Shown: in pieces, positions 1 to 10,357 of the stretch
Position numbering within the stretch: the stretch's first letter is position 1
Layout: every line of letters starts with the position of its first letter
DNA from: Elusimicrobiales bacterium
GTDB lineage: Bacteria; Elusimicrobiota; Elusimicrobia; Elusimicrobiales; UBA9959
Assembly (NCBI GenBank): GCA_031082205.1
Contig: JAVHLJ010000010.1
Span: forward strand, 954-64,953
Reading direction: 5' to 3'
Length of the DNA: 64,000 nucleotides
The notes under the pieces: model-generated
Told to the model about the DNA's origin: nothing
Seen by the model: only the letters and a program-made list of their open reading frames with translations
Databases searched by the model: none
Program-made: the position numbers and the translations under genes

Positions 1-426
1 GGCGCCAGGCGGGCGCTGGCGGCCGGCCTGACCGCGGTATTCGTAGGACAGTCGCTGGCTATCAACGCCCTCCAGGCCGGGCGCTACAACAGCGCCTACA
101 ATTACGGCGGAGAAGGGCTGACCGAAGCCGCGGCCATGGCAGGAGATGCTATCCGGGATGGAGGAAAAGCGATAGTTCCCCTGGAGATCTATGGCACCCT
201 GCGCCTTTCCGGGCTGGTCCCGGAGAGGCTGCCCAACTCCATGTGGGAGAAGGACCGCCTGCTCGCCTCGGTAGGCGACGATGATTACAGGGCCGTGGTA
301 TACGGCATCCCCTCCAACACGGTGGAACAGGTTCGCCTGCTCAGGCATCCCGGGACGGTCTCCCTGTTCAGAGCGGAGGGCTGGAGATTTGGACGGACGG
401 GGACGTACGAGCTATGGACGAGATGA
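1..426 (+). CDS. C-terminal part of a membrane-associated protein of the polysaccharide locus (5'-truncated by the window edge)
   Basis: Frame is open from base 1 (GARRALAAGLTAVFVGQSLAINALQ...) and its stop overlaps the next gene. Confidence 0.6.
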   Translation, partial: GARRALAAGLTAVFVGQSLAINALQAGRYNSAYNYGGEGLTEAAAMAGDAIRDGGKAIVPLEIYGTLRLSGLVPERLPNSMWEKDRLLASVGDDDYRAVVYGIPSNTVEQVRLLRHPGTVSLFRAEGWRFGRTGTYELWTR

Positions 427-1124
427 AACCCGGACTTTCACTGGTAATACCTTTCTATAACGAGGAAGCCTGCGCCGGACCGGTAGTGCGAGGCACGCTT
501 GAGGCTCTTGAAAAAGCTGGGCTTGATTTCGAACTGATACTGGTGGAGAACGCGTCCTCCGACGGGACGCGCCGCATACTTGAAGGATTCTCCGGCGACC
601 CGCGCGTAAAGGTGCTGAAGCTGGAGAGGAATATCGGCTACGGCGGCGCCGTCACGGAGGGACTGGCGGCGGCCGCCGGCCGGCACCTGGGCTTCACCTG
701 CGGCGACGGGGAAATAGAACCGGGCGACACGGCAAAGGTATGCCGCATAGCCATATGCTCCGGGGAACCGGTATGTAAGGCGCGGAGAGTTGACCGCCTC
801 GACGGTCCCTGGAGAAAGTTCCTTTCGGTCGCGTATCACCTGCTGGTGGGACTGCTTTTCAGGGTCCACGTGACCGACGTCAACGGCTACCCGGTCATCC
901 TGACGAGGGAAGCGTACGAGGCGATAGGTCTGACCTCCCGCAACTGGGTCTTCAACGTGGAACTGCTGGTCAAGGCCCGTCGGCTCGGATTCGGCATCCT
1001 CGAGCCGGAGATACTCCATAGAAGACGGGCCGGCGGGCGTTCGCACGTCGGCTTCGGCACGCCGCTGGCATTCCTGGCCCAGCTGCTGAGGCTGCGGCTT
1101 TCAGACTTCGGCGCCGGCAAGTAA
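414..1124 (+). CDS. Glycosyltransferase family 2 (DPM1/ArnC-like)
   Basis: SLVIPFYNEE, VENASSDGT and NIGYGGA motifs. Confidence 0.9.
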   Translation: MDEMKPGLSLVIPFYNEEACAGPVVRGTLEALEKAGLDFELILVENASSDGTRRILEGFSGDPRVKVLKLERNIGYGGAVTEGLAAAAGRHLGFTCGDGEIEPGDTAKVCRIAICSGEPVCKARRVDRLDGPWRKFLSVAYHLLVGLLFRVHVTDVNGYPVILTREAYEAIGLTSRNWVFNVELLVKARRLGFGILEPEILHRRRAGGRSHVGFGTPLAFLAQLLRLRLSDFGAGK

Positions 1125-1142
1125 AGAGTTTCCGGTTCAGCG

Positions 1143-3398
1143 TCAGGGGCCATCGAACTCGTAAAGCGCCACGTTGCCCCCGGAATAGACCCGGGAAAGA
1201 CATCCGGGCTCCGCCGCCCCCGGGAATCCGTAAGACCTGCCGTTTGAGTCCCAGTAAACGTGCCCGATACCCCGGGCCGCCAGCCAGCCGCAGGGGTCCG
1301 GCATGCTTCCCGAAAAAAAGGCGTCAGCCTCGGCCGCGGCTCCCGAATAAAGCGGTTCGCTTTCCCATACCCAGTCGGAGTAAACGCTCGCGTACATGCG
1401 GCCTCCGCATAGCGCGGCCTGCGCGAAGACGGTGCGGTCCAGGACATTGTGCAGGTAAAGCCCCCCGCCTCCCGTCGCCCTTTCCATGACCTCGCAAGCC
1501 CTCCTGTTGTCGTCCGTCCAGGGCTCTAAATTCGCGCGCTTGGCCCCGGAAGCCCAATAGACGAATTTAGGAGCGTGAGAAAGGGCGACAACGAAGGGGA
1601 TCGCCGCCAGAACGCGCCAACCTCCGAGCCTGAAAGCGGGAGGGCCGAAAACGCGAAGGAGCGGATATGACGCGAGGGCCGGGATCCATGAGGCATAAAG
1701 CAGGAGGTTCGCGGCGGCGCCGCGCCTGAGCAAGCAATACACGGCGGCGAACAACAGGAACCCCGATAAAAAGACCTCCAGGGAACGACGCCGGGCTCCC
1801 CCGTCATCGGCAGGCTTCTTTTCGTCCCGGGACCGGGACGCCCAGCGCCACGCGGACCAGATGAAAAGCGTCCCGCCGGCTATAGCGCCCCGGACGCACC
1901 AGTCGCGGCCAGGCCAGGCGGTGAAAGCGCCGTACCTGTCCAGCGTGGAAACGGCAAGGTCGGCCAAAGGGGCCGCCAGGAAGACCGGGACGGACCGCGG
2001 CGTCAGGACCGGCTTCAGGTCCGAGAAAAAGAACGGGAGAGCGGCCGCCCCGCACAACCAGGCTGAAAAGAATACCCAGTAGCCGTGAGCGCCGACATGA
2101 TTGTAGTAATGGAAAAGAACGAAAATGACGCAGGCGGCGGCCATGACCGCGGCGGTCGAAAGGACCACCCGACCTTCCTCCGATATCCTGCCCCCCTCTT
2201 TTACGGCGCCGCGCGCCCAGAAAGAAAGGGCGATGAGAGGCAGCGCCGCCAGTATCAGGAACGTCGCCAGGTTCTCTATGACAGCGGGCAAAGCCGAAAG
2301 CAGACGGCCCGGGATCCCGCTCCACTCAGAGAAGTAAGCCAGCAGGCGAGGGGAAAGCGTGTAATCGGGAAGGAACTCCCTCAGCCAGCCCGGGACGGGG
2401 CCGAACTTGATCAGTCCGCCGGCGTTAAAACCCTGGCCCGAAAGAGACAGATACGCCAGCAGCCATAGGGCCGCGCCCGCGGCCAATGTAAAAATTACCC
2501 GGGCCCGGCGGCCCGGAAAGAGAGATAGATAAGAGACGAAAAAAACCAGGTAAAGCGCGCCGAAAGTCCCCTTCGAAAGCGTGATAAGCGCCGGCATGAG
2601 GGCGGAGACCGCAAGCCCCGGAACGAGCCCTCTGGACGCCGAAAAAACAAGCAAAGGCATAGCTGCCGCAGCCAGGCCAAGCGCGAAGGAATTCTGCCTG
2701 AAGGCGAAATTAAAAAGCATCTTAGGATGGACCAGGAAAAAAGCCAGAAAAGCCAGATACGGGGCAAGCCTCCAGTATCCCGGACGGAAAAGGGACAGGA
2801 TGGCCCTCATCCCCAGGAACAGGCAGAACCAGTTGAAAGGCACCAGGTACCGCAGGTAGACGGTCTCGAGCGGTATCCGCGTTATGGCGGAGGCCGAGCC
2901 CGCCAGGAACTCGGCCGCGTAATAGTAATGCATCAAGCCCGAATGAACGAATATATTCTGGGCCGGGAACTCCCGCATTGACGCGGCGGCCACCGCCATC
3001 CGCAGAAGTTCGTCCGAATGGTAAAGCGCCGCGGCGTCATGGGTGAGATAGGCGGAGAAAACCGCGGCGAGAGAGAGGAACGCCGCGCTTTCGGCGGAAA
3101 AAACGGAGCGAAGCGCGGACAAGGAAAGGGAGCGAGCCGCCGGGTCGCGGGAAACTATGTACATCAGGACGGCGCTGATAAGAGCGCTGAAGAGAGCGAC
3201 GGACCCGTGACCGATACCGGCCCAGCGCAGCGCGGGCCAAATGAGAAAGAAGAGGGCGGTACCGGCGGCGACCGCCGCGGCGCCCAGGAGGTCCCGCGGA
3301 CACACTTCGCGCTCCCGGGCGCAAAGAAGCCCCGTGATCATGGAACCGGGAAGGATCACGGAGAGCGATACGAATAAAATGAAAAGAACGGGACCCAT
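1143..3398 (-). CDS. Large polytopic membrane protein, possibly a GT-C-type glycan-modifying enzyme
   Basis: About 750 aa with many hydrophobic helices and a soluble C-terminal domain; lies inside the glycosylation locus; start moved to MGPVLF. Confidence 0.65.
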   Translation of the reverse strand: MGPVLFILFVSLSVILPGSMITGLLCAREREVCPRDLLGAAAVAAGTALFFLIWPALRWAGIGHGSVALFSALISAVLMYIVSRDPAARSLSLSALRSVFSAESAAFLSLAAVFSAYLTHDAAALYHSDELLRMAVAAASMREFPAQNIFVHSGLMHYYYAAEFLAGSASAITRIPLETVYLRYLVPFNWFCLFLGMRAILSLFRPGYWRLAPYLAFLAFFLVHPKMLFNFAFRQNSFALGLAAAAMPLLVFSASRGLVPGLAVSALMPALITLSKGTFGALYLVFFVSYLSLFPGRRARVIFTLAAGAALWLLAYLSLSGQGFNAGGLIKFGPVPGWLREFLPDYTLSPRLLAYFSEWSGIPGRLLSALPAVIENLATFLILAALPLIALSFWARGAVKEGGRISEEGRVVLSTAAVMAAACVIFVLFHYYNHVGAHGYWVFFSAWLCGAAALPFFFSDLKPVLTPRSVPVFLAAPLADLAVSTLDRYGAFTAWPGRDWCVRGAIAGGTLFIWSAWRWASRSRDEKKPADDGGARRRSLEVFLSGFLLFAAVYCLLRRGAAANLLLYASWIPALASYPLLRVFGPPAFRLGGWRVLAAIPFVVALSHAPKFVYWASGAKRANLEPWTDDNRRACEVMERATGGGGLYLHNVLDRTVFAQAALCGGRMYASVYSDWVWESEPLYSGAAAEADAFFSGSMPDPCGWLAARGIGHVYWDSNGRSYGFPGAAEPGCLSRVYSGGNVALYEFDGP

Positions 3399-3523
3399 CG
3401 ATCTTCGCGGCGCTCCTGAAATCAAAAATCCGTAAGCGAGCCGGGCTCGCTAATCCTGTGGAATTATATATATTATTAGGTCGGGCAAAATCCCGGGGCC
3501 GGATAGCGTCCGGGAAACGCGAA

Positions 3524-4744
3524 ATGAACATCTGCATACTCTCCACTTCTTTGACGGTACATCGCATGGGCGGAACGGAAGTGCATGCCGAGGCCCTGGC
3601 GGCCGAGGCCGCCCGGCAGGGGCATGAGGTCACGGTGGTCACCTCGTCCCACCCGTCCGGCCTGAAGGCCGAGCGGAAGAACGGTTTCGAAACCTTCTAT
3701 CTGGAAGGGACCAGCCACCTCATGTCGCGGGCGGACGCCCCCGCCTGGTGGCGCGCGAGCGCGGCGGAGGTCTCCCGGCTCGCGGCGAGCGGAAAGGCGG
3801 ATGTGGTCTGGGCGGAGAATTTCGCGGGGCTCTCCTGCGCCGCGATCCCGCGGGGAAAAAGACCGCCGGTCATATCGGTGGTGCAAGGGCTGGGCATACG
3901 GGGCGAGATCGCCAGCAGGTTCTCTGAAACGTCTTCTCTCTCCGGCCTGGCTTATTTCCTGACAAGGTACGCGGCGCAGACACTCCTCTACTATATCCCC
4001 AGGTTCAGGGCCATGGTCAGGGATTCGGACCTGCTGGTAGGCGTCAGCAGGGAGACCATAGCGGCCCTGCACGCCGAATTCCCCCGAAGCAGGATGAAAA
4101 CGTCCCTTATTTTCAACCCGGTGGACACCGGCCGCTTCAGGCCGGACCCGGGACTGAGAGCGGAAGCCCTGAAAAGGCTGGCGCTGCCCGCCGGAACCCG
4201 CCTCGTAATGATGGCCGGGGTTATGAGCCGGCAGAAAGGCATGCACGTCGGGCTGGAAGCCTTCTCTGCGATAGCGGACCGGTTCCCGGAGGCGAGGCTG
4301 CTCATAGTCGGCGACGGACCGGAGCGCGGCGCCCTGGAAGCCGCGGCCGCCGGCCTGAAGGACAGGATAATCTTCGCGGGGCGGGCCGGCAACGCGGACA
4401 TGCCGGCGCATTATAACTCGGCGGACGTCTACCTTAACCCCACGCTGCGGCTGGAAGGCCTGCCTCTCGTCATCGCCGAAGCGATGGCCTGCGGCCTGCC
4501 TTCCGTCGTTTCAAGGATCGGGGGCACGGCCTCTACTATAGAAGACGGGATAAGCGGTTTTTTCGCGGCCCCGGGCGACGCCGCGGGGCTGGCTTCCGGA
4601 ATGGAAAAACTGCTCCGCGACCCCGGCACCGCCGCCGGCATGGGCAGGAAGGCGAGAGCCGACGCCGAAGCGAGATTCAGCCTTTCCAACGCAGTACGAC
4701 GCTACGCGGAGGAATCCGGGAAATTGCTCGGGGAGGGATCATGA
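3524..4744 (+). CDS. Glycosyltransferase family 4
   Basis: MGGTEVH at the N-terminus; QKG and EGLPLVIAEAMACGLP motifs. Confidence 0.92.
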   Translation: MNICILSTSLTVHRMGGTEVHAEALAAEAARQGHEVTVVTSSHPSGLKAERKNGFETFYLEGTSHLMSRADAPAWWRASAAEVSRLAASGKADVVWAENFAGLSCAAIPRGKRPPVISVVQGLGIRGEIASRFSETSSLSGLAYFLTRYAAQTLLYYIPRFRAMVRDSDLLVGVSRETIAALHAEFPRSRMKTSLIFNPVDTGRFRPDPGLRAEALKRLALPAGTRLVMMAGVMSRQKGMHVGLEAFSAIADRFPEARLLIVGDGPERGALEAAAAGLKDRIIFAGRAGNADMPAHYNSADVYLNPTLRLEGLPLVIAEAMACGLPSVVSRIGGTASTIEDGISGFFAAPGDAAGLASGMEKLLRDPGTAAGMGRKARADAEARFSLSNAVRRYAEESGKLLGEGS

Positions 4745-6366
4745 CCGCCCCGCTCGTCTCCGTCATAATCGTAAGCTATAACACCAAAGAGACGCTCCGG
4801 CGCTGCCTGGAATCCGTAAGAACCCGTTGCGCCGATATCGCGCATGAGGTTTTAGTGGTGGACAATGCCTCAGCTGATGGCAGTCCCGCCATGGTGCGCG
4901 AGGATTTCCCGGAAGCGGCGCTGATAGAGAACGCCGGGAACGCGGGATTTGCCAAAGCAAACAATCAGGCCCTCCGCCTTATGAAGGGAGAATATGCTCT
5001 TCTTTTGAACAGCGACGCCTTTCTGCGGCCGGGATCGGTCGAAGCCATGCTTTCCTGCATGGACAGACATCCCGGCGCGGCAATGGTCGGGCCGAAACTC
5101 CTGGACGAATCGGGCAGGACGGTCCCGTCCACCTACCCGCTGCCGTCGCCCTGGAAAGAGACGCTCCTGGCCCTCAGGGCTTACCTCCTGCTGCCCGCCG
5201 CTATTAACGCCCGCGTTTTCCTGGGTTCTTTTTTCAAGCATGACCGCCCGGCCGAAGCCGGCAGGCTCACCGGCGCCTGCGTTCTGATAAGGAAGCGCGC
5301 GCTGGAGGAGATAGGCCCGCTGGACGAGGACTTCTTCTTCTACGGCGAGGTCCACGACTGGTGCTGGCGGGCCGGGAAAAAGGGCTGGAAGGTCCTTTTT
5401 TGCCCCGGGGGCGAGGTGGTCCATCTCGGCGGCGCCAGCTCCGGCGCGAGCTGGCCGTCGGAGGAAAGACTGAAGATAAACCTGCGCGAGCAGGAGCGGA
5501 TGCTGGCAAAAAACCTCGGAACTCTCTCGCGCTGGTGGATAATGTCGTGCAGGCTCTTCGGCACGGGCACCGCCGCGCTGGCGAACGCCCTCTTCAGGGA
5601 AGGCCGGCCGGAAGCGCGGCGGGCCAAGGCGGAATTCTCCTGGTTCCTGGGGCGTTTTTACGGGACAGCGGCCTGGATATTGAAGAAGAACCGGGCCGCC
5701 AGGGCTTTCTATTCGTCCGGATTCCACCGCGGCGGCACCGTGCGGCTTTTATCCGGGGAACTGGGCTGCGATGCCGCCCTCTTCAGGTCCTACCTGGACG
5801 AGGCGGCCGTTCTCGCGGGGGAGACGGAGCGGCGGCTAACCGAAGCGGCCGGCAGGGGCGCCAGGGCTGGCGCGATGGACCTTTTCGGAGCCCGCCTCCT
5901 CTACGCCGCGGTAAGGGCCCTCAGGCCGGTCTCCGCAGTGGAGACCGGCGTCGCGAACGGAGTGTCATCGCTTTTCATACTGTCCGCCATGGAACGGAAC
6001 GGCCGCGGAAAACTTCATTCGATAGACCTTCCGGAAGCGGAAGGGTTCATCCCCGCGGGCAGGGAAGCCGGCTGGCTGGTGGAGGGCGGGCTCCGGGCGA
6101 GGTGGCGGCTGATCATAGGCGATACCCGCGAGCTGCTGCCCGCCCTTCTGTCGGAACTGGGCGGGACCGGCCTCTTCCTGCACGACAGCGCCCACACCGA
6201 AGAGAACATGCTCTTCGAATACAGGACAGCGTGGCCTTTCCTCGGATCCGGCGGCCTCCTCATATCGGACGACACCGGCTTCAACCGGGCTTTCGCCGGG
6301 TTCGCCTCCGGGACCGGAAGAAAACCTATAATATACTCGGACAGGCTGGGGTTCCTTAGAAAATGA
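4741..6366 (+). CDS. GT2 glycosyltransferase fused to a C-terminal class I SAM methyltransferase (Methyltransf_24-like)
   Basis: N-terminal VSVIIVSYN/VDNASADGS/LLLNSDA/FFFYGE; C-terminal VETGVANGVSS, LHSIDLP, FLHDSAH and LISDD. Confidence 0.85.
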   Translation: MTAPLVSVIIVSYNTKETLRRCLESVRTRCADIAHEVLVVDNASADGSPAMVREDFPEAALIENAGNAGFAKANNQALRLMKGEYALLLNSDAFLRPGSVEAMLSCMDRHPGAAMVGPKLLDESGRTVPSTYPLPSPWKETLLALRAYLLLPAAINARVFLGSFFKHDRPAEAGRLTGACVLIRKRALEEIGPLDEDFFFYGEVHDWCWRAGKKGWKVLFCPGGEVVHLGGASSGASWPSEERLKINLREQERMLAKNLGTLSRWWIMSCRLFGTGTAALANALFREGRPEARRAKAEFSWFLGRFYGTAAWILKKNRAARAFYSSGFHRGGTVRLLSGELGCDAALFRSYLDEAAVLAGETERRLTEAAGRGARAGAMDLFGARLLYAAVRALRPVSAVETGVANGVSSLFILSAMERNGRGKLHSIDLPEAEGFIPAGREAGWLVEGGLRARWRLIIGDTRELLPALLSELGGTGLFLHDSAHTEENMLFEYRTAWPFLGSGGLLISDDTGFNRAFAGFASGTGRKPIIYSDRLGFLRK

Positions 6367-7085
6367 ACGACTGGGAAAAACTGAAGGCCTCTTATCCGGA
6401 CGAAAAGCGCGCCTGGGACGCGACATACCCATGGATATTCCGCGTAGCGAGGCCGGCCTCTTTCCCGATAAGTCTCGCCTGCAGGCGCCTCGGCGTAAGC
6501 GCCAACGCGGTCACGGTCTTCACCGCCGTGCTCGGGGCGCTCTCCTTCCCGTGCCTGGCGTCCGGGTCAGCGCCCCTGATGACGGCCGGCGGCGCCTGCC
6601 TGCTCCTCTACACGATATTCGACTGCGTGGACGGCAACCTGGCCAGGGCATGGCCCGAGACAGGCTCCCCCGCGGGGCAATGGTGGGGAGAGCTCGTCGG
6701 CAACTTCTACGTGCTTTCCTATCCGGCGCTGGGCCTGGGCCTTGGCGGGGAATGGGCCCTGTACGGGGCTTTCACGGCCATAGCGAAGCAGCTGGTCTCG
6801 CTCATAAGGAACAATTTCTGGCAGACGCTCGGCGGGCTCTGGAAGGAATCAAAGAACCGGGGCGGGTACGAACCGCATACGGGGCGATGGTACTACAAGG
6901 TCTATTACAACCTCACCGACCCGCAGGCTCATATAGCGGCGCTGCCTTTCCTGGTTTTTTACGGCCTGGGGCATCATTTCCTGGCGGCCTCTCTGGCGAT
7001 AAGCCTCGCCGACCTGGCCTTCATACTTTTCTTTTACCTGCGCCGGGCTTCCAGCATCGGAGGAGAGCGTGGCAAAACGATATGA
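6363..7085 (+). CDS. CDP-alcohol phosphatidyltransferase family protein
   Basis: SANAVT and DCVDGNLAR (DxxDGxxAR) motifs; hydrophobic. Confidence 0.85.
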   Translation: MNDWEKLKASYPDEKRAWDATYPWIFRVARPASFPISLACRRLGVSANAVTVFTAVLGALSFPCLASGSAPLMTAGGACLLLYTIFDCVDGNLARAWPETGSPAGQWWGELVGNFYVLSYPALGLGLGGEWALYGAFTAIAKQLVSLIRNNFWQTLGGLWKESKNRGGYEPHTGRWYYKVYYNLTDPQAHIAALPFLVFYGLGHHFLAASLAISLADLAFILFFYLRRASSIGGERGKTI

Positions 7086-7851
7086 ACAGGGGCTGATGAC
7101 CTTCCTCACATCGAGGCGGGGGGTCAGCGAGATCGTGGAACCGCTGCCCGGCCCGCTGGCCCCTTTGCTCGGCCTCAGGGCCGGGAACACAAGGCCTTTC
7201 CTCTCCCTCGCCCTCAGAGTCCCGCCGCTCCGGGAAAAACTGCTGGGCATCGCCTGGAAAGCCAGCGAACGCGTCATCGAGAACCCTCTGGCGCACTCGG
7301 CGGCGGCGCCGCTGCCGCCCGAAGCGGAGATCCTCGACGCCGGGTCTTACGAAAGCCTTCTGCCTTTCGAACTCGCGTGCCTGGGCCGCCGTGTGACCGC
7401 CGTAGACCTCAGGAAATATCCTATAGAACATCCGAACCTGCGCGTGGTAGAGGCGGACCTGTTCCGCCTTCCTTTCGGCGACGGCGCTTTCGATCTGGTG
7501 ACCGCGGTATCCACGCTGGAACACCTTGGCCTGCCTTCCTGGGGCTGCCCGGAAACCGCGGACGGCGACAGGAAAGGCCTCGCGGAACTGACGCGCTGCC
7601 TTAAGCCCGGCGGACTTATCTTCATCAGCGCGCCCTTCGGCATACGCCAGACCTCCTGGCAGCGCTTTTACGATGCAGCCGCCTGGGGTTCCCTGACCGG
7701 CGGTCTTGAAAAGGTCTGGGAGAGGCATTTCAGGAGGCGGGAGCTGAAGATCTGGCTCCCCGCGGACCCCCTGGAACTGGAAAAAGAGAACACGGCAGGG
7801 GCTTTCGGCACGGACGGGGTCGTAGCCGGACTCTACCGGAAGCGGGCATGA
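7069..7851 (+). CDS. Class I SAM-dependent methyltransferase
   Basis: ILDAGS, LPFGDGAFDLVTAVSTLEH and LKPGG motifs; GTG start. Confidence 0.85.
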   Translation: MAKRYEQGLMTFLTSRRGVSEIVEPLPGPLAPLLGLRAGNTRPFLSLALRVPPLREKLLGIAWKASERVIENPLAHSAAAPLPPEAEILDAGSYESLLPFELACLGRRVTAVDLRKYPIEHPNLRVVEADLFRLPFGDGAFDLVTAVSTLEHLGLPSWGCPETADGDRKGLAELTRCLKPGGLIFISAPFGIRQTSWQRFYDAAAWGSLTGGLEKVWERHFRRRELKIWLPADPLELEKENTAGAFGTDGVVAGLYRKRA

Positions 7852-9041
7852 AGCTCTGCCTCGTAACCCCGTATTCGGAGGAAGGCGCCGGGGGAGGCAT
7901 AACCCGGCACGTACAGAACGTGGCCGAAGCCGCTAAAAGCCTCGGGCACGAACTCACGATACTTTCCGGCCTGATGAGGCCGGACTCCACTAAGCCGGCT
8001 GAAATCTTCGGCTGCCCGGCCTTTTACGTGACGGACGCGCCCGGAAGCACTTTTTCCCCTTCGTTCTGGAAGGCGAGCCGCGAGTTATTCACGCGGCTGG
8101 ACGCCCGCCGCGGATTCGACGCCGTTCTCTCCGAAGGTTCTTCGGCCAACGGGCTGAGGGGCCGCACGGGCGGAAGGCCCGTCCTGGCTTTCATGCACCA
8201 GTTCAAGCCGGTGCACCTGCTGAATTCATTCAAGGAAATATCGGGGCCCAGGTCACTGGCCTCGTACGCGTTGCGTACCGTCCCCCGCTGCTTCTACGAG
8301 GCTTTCTCCAGCGAACTGGCCTTCTTCAGGTCCGCGGACAGGGTCCTGTGCGGGGCCCGGCATATTATGCGCCTGGCCGGGGCCCTCTATCGCATACCGG
8401 AGGAGCGACTGGTATACACTCCGTATTCTATCGACCGCGGCGCCTTCCGGAAAGACCCCGCCCTCAGGAAAGAATCACGCGCCGCTCTCGGCATTTCCGA
8501 AAGAGATTTCGTGTTCCTTGTGCTCGGCAGGATACAGCGCACAAAAGGCATCGACACGGCTCTCCGCGCTTTCGAGAAGTTTTCAAGGGAACGCCCGGAG
8601 GCCTGGCTCGTGATCGCCGGCGGAGGGGACGCGGCGCTTGAGGCCGAGCTCAAAGCTTTCGCGGCCGGCAGGAAACTGCGGGTCCTCTTCACCGGCATGG
8701 TCCCGCAGGGCGGACTTCCGGGAATGTATAACGCGGCCGACTGCCTTATAATGCCGTCCGTCCTGATCGAAGTGCTGCCTTATGTCATACTCGAAGCCGT
8801 TTCGTCGGGACTCCCCGTTCTGGCTTCTGACATGCCAGGAAGCCGGGAGGCGCTTGGCGATTCAGAAGGGCTGTTCCCTTCGCGGGATTACGAAGCGCTC
8901 GCCGGACTTATGACAAAGGCCTTCTCCGACGAGGCCTTGAGGAGGCGCCTTTCCGCATCGGCGTCGGAAAGACTCGACGCTCTTTTCAGCCCAGACGGGT
9001 TCAGGCAGGCACTGTCGGATTCCATAAAGGCCGTGATATGA
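7848..9041 (+). CDS. Glycosyltransferase family 4
   Basis: GGGITRH, GRIQRTKG and EVLPYVILEAVSSGLPV motifs. Confidence 0.9.
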   Translation: MKLCLVTPYSEEGAGGGITRHVQNVAEAAKSLGHELTILSGLMRPDSTKPAEIFGCPAFYVTDAPGSTFSPSFWKASRELFTRLDARRGFDAVLSEGSSANGLRGRTGGRPVLAFMHQFKPVHLLNSFKEISGPRSLASYALRTVPRCFYEAFSSELAFFRSADRVLCGARHIMRLAGALYRIPEERLVYTPYSIDRGAFRKDPALRKESRAALGISERDFVFLVLGRIQRTKGIDTALRAFEKFSRERPEAWLVIAGGGDAALEAELKAFAAGRKLRVLFTGMVPQGGLPGMYNAADCLIMPSVLIEVLPYVILEAVSSGLPVLASDMPGSREALGDSEGLFPSRDYEALAGLMTKAFSDEALRRRLSASASERLDALFSPDGFRQALSDSIKAVI

Positions 9042-10357
9042 GCAGGGGCGGCGGCTTCACCCGGGACGTCGCCGGAATATTTTTAAACCAGGCTTTCCTT
9101 CTCGGCGCGGGGATCCTGACGGGGGTCCTGACCGCCAGGGGCCTCGGCCCCGACGGCAGGGGCTTATACGCGATAGCCCTTCTTTTCCCCTCCTTCCTTT
9201 CGTCGATGCTGCCCCTGGGCCTCAATTTCGCCAATCTCTACCTTGTTAACAGGGAAGGGGCGCCTCCCGGCAGGCTGGCCTTCAATACGATCGCCTATTC
9301 GGCTTCCTCGGGGCTGCTCTTCACTTTGGGGCTGGTCATGTTCTCGGCCTCGCTGTCCGCGTCCTTTGCCGGCGGCGAGGGCCGGGGCCTGATAGCGCTG
9401 GCCGCGGCCGCGCTCATCCCCTCCATGCTTTTCGAGAACGTTTACTACCTGCTGCTCGGCAGGCGGGATATAAAGGGGATGACGGCGATGAACCTGGCCC
9501 GAGCGGCCGCCTACGCGGCGCTGCTGGGCGGCATGTTCATCTTCCCGGGCTTCACTCCCGGGAAAGCGGTGATGGCGTACCTGGGAGGGCTCGGGGCCGG
9601 GCTGATACTGGGTTTCGCCCGCCTTAAAAAGAACGGCTTCCTCTCCGATTTCAGACCGTCACGGACGCATTTCGGAGCGGCCCTGGGCTACGGCATAAGG
9701 CAGCACCCCTCATCGGTACTGCAGTTCCTTACCTACAGGACGGACCTGTTCATAGTGGGGGCTTTTCTTCCCGCCTCCGAGGCCGGCTTATACGCGGCGG
9801 CTGTGGTCATAGCGGAACTGTTGTGGCAACTGCCGGCGGCGGCGGCCCAGGTCCTTTTTCCCAAGGTCGCGGCGTCCTCCGAGAAGGAGTCCGGGGAATT
9901 CACCCCGCAGGTCGTCCGACATGTGCTGCTGATATCTGGCGTCTCCGCGGCCGGACTTTTCCTGGCCGCCGGATACGCCGTTACGCTGTTGTACGGGACG
10001 GAATTTTCCGGGGCGGCGCTACCCCTGCGCATCCTGCTGCCGGGCGCCGTCCTGATGGGTCTTTCCAAAATACTGGGAAGCGACATAGCGGCCCGCGGGC
10101 GGCCGGGTACGGTGTCCATGGCGTCAGCGGCCTCTTTCATTACGGCGGCCTGGCTCGGGATAGCGCTGACCCCGCTATTCGGCCTTCCGGGCGCCGCCCT
10201 GGCGACTTCCGCCGCTTACGCCGTCAACTCCGCGGTGATGACGCTGTCCTTCCTGCGGATATCCGGCAAAAAGGCCGCCGATATTTTTGTCTTCAAAAAA
10301 GAAGACCTCTCGGTATATCGCGGATTGAAAAGCAGAATTTTCCCGGGACTACGGTAA
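9038..10357 (+). CDS. wzx: Wzx-like polysaccharide flippase
   Basis: ARGLGPDGRG, RTDLFIVG and GLPGAALATS; roughly 12 TM segments. Confidence 0.82.
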   Translation: MSRGGGFTRDVAGIFLNQAFLLGAGILTGVLTARGLGPDGRGLYAIALLFPSFLSSMLPLGLNFANLYLVNREGAPPGRLAFNTIAYSASSGLLFTLGLVMFSASLSASFAGGEGRGLIALAAAALIPSMLFENVYYLLLGRRDIKGMTAMNLARAAAYAALLGGMFIFPGFTPGKAVMAYLGGLGAGLILGFARLKKNGFLSDFRPSRTHFGAALGYGIRQHPSSVLQFLTYRTDLFIVGAFLPASEAGLYAAAVVIAELLWQLPAAAAQVLFPKVAASSEKESGEFTPQVVRHVLLISGVSAAGLFLAAGYAVTLLYGTEFSGAALPLRILLPGAVLMGLSKILGSDIAARGRPGTVSMASAASFITAAWLGIALTPLFGLPGAALATSAAYAVNSAVMTLSFLRISGKKAADIFVFKKEDLSVYRGLKSRIFPGLR

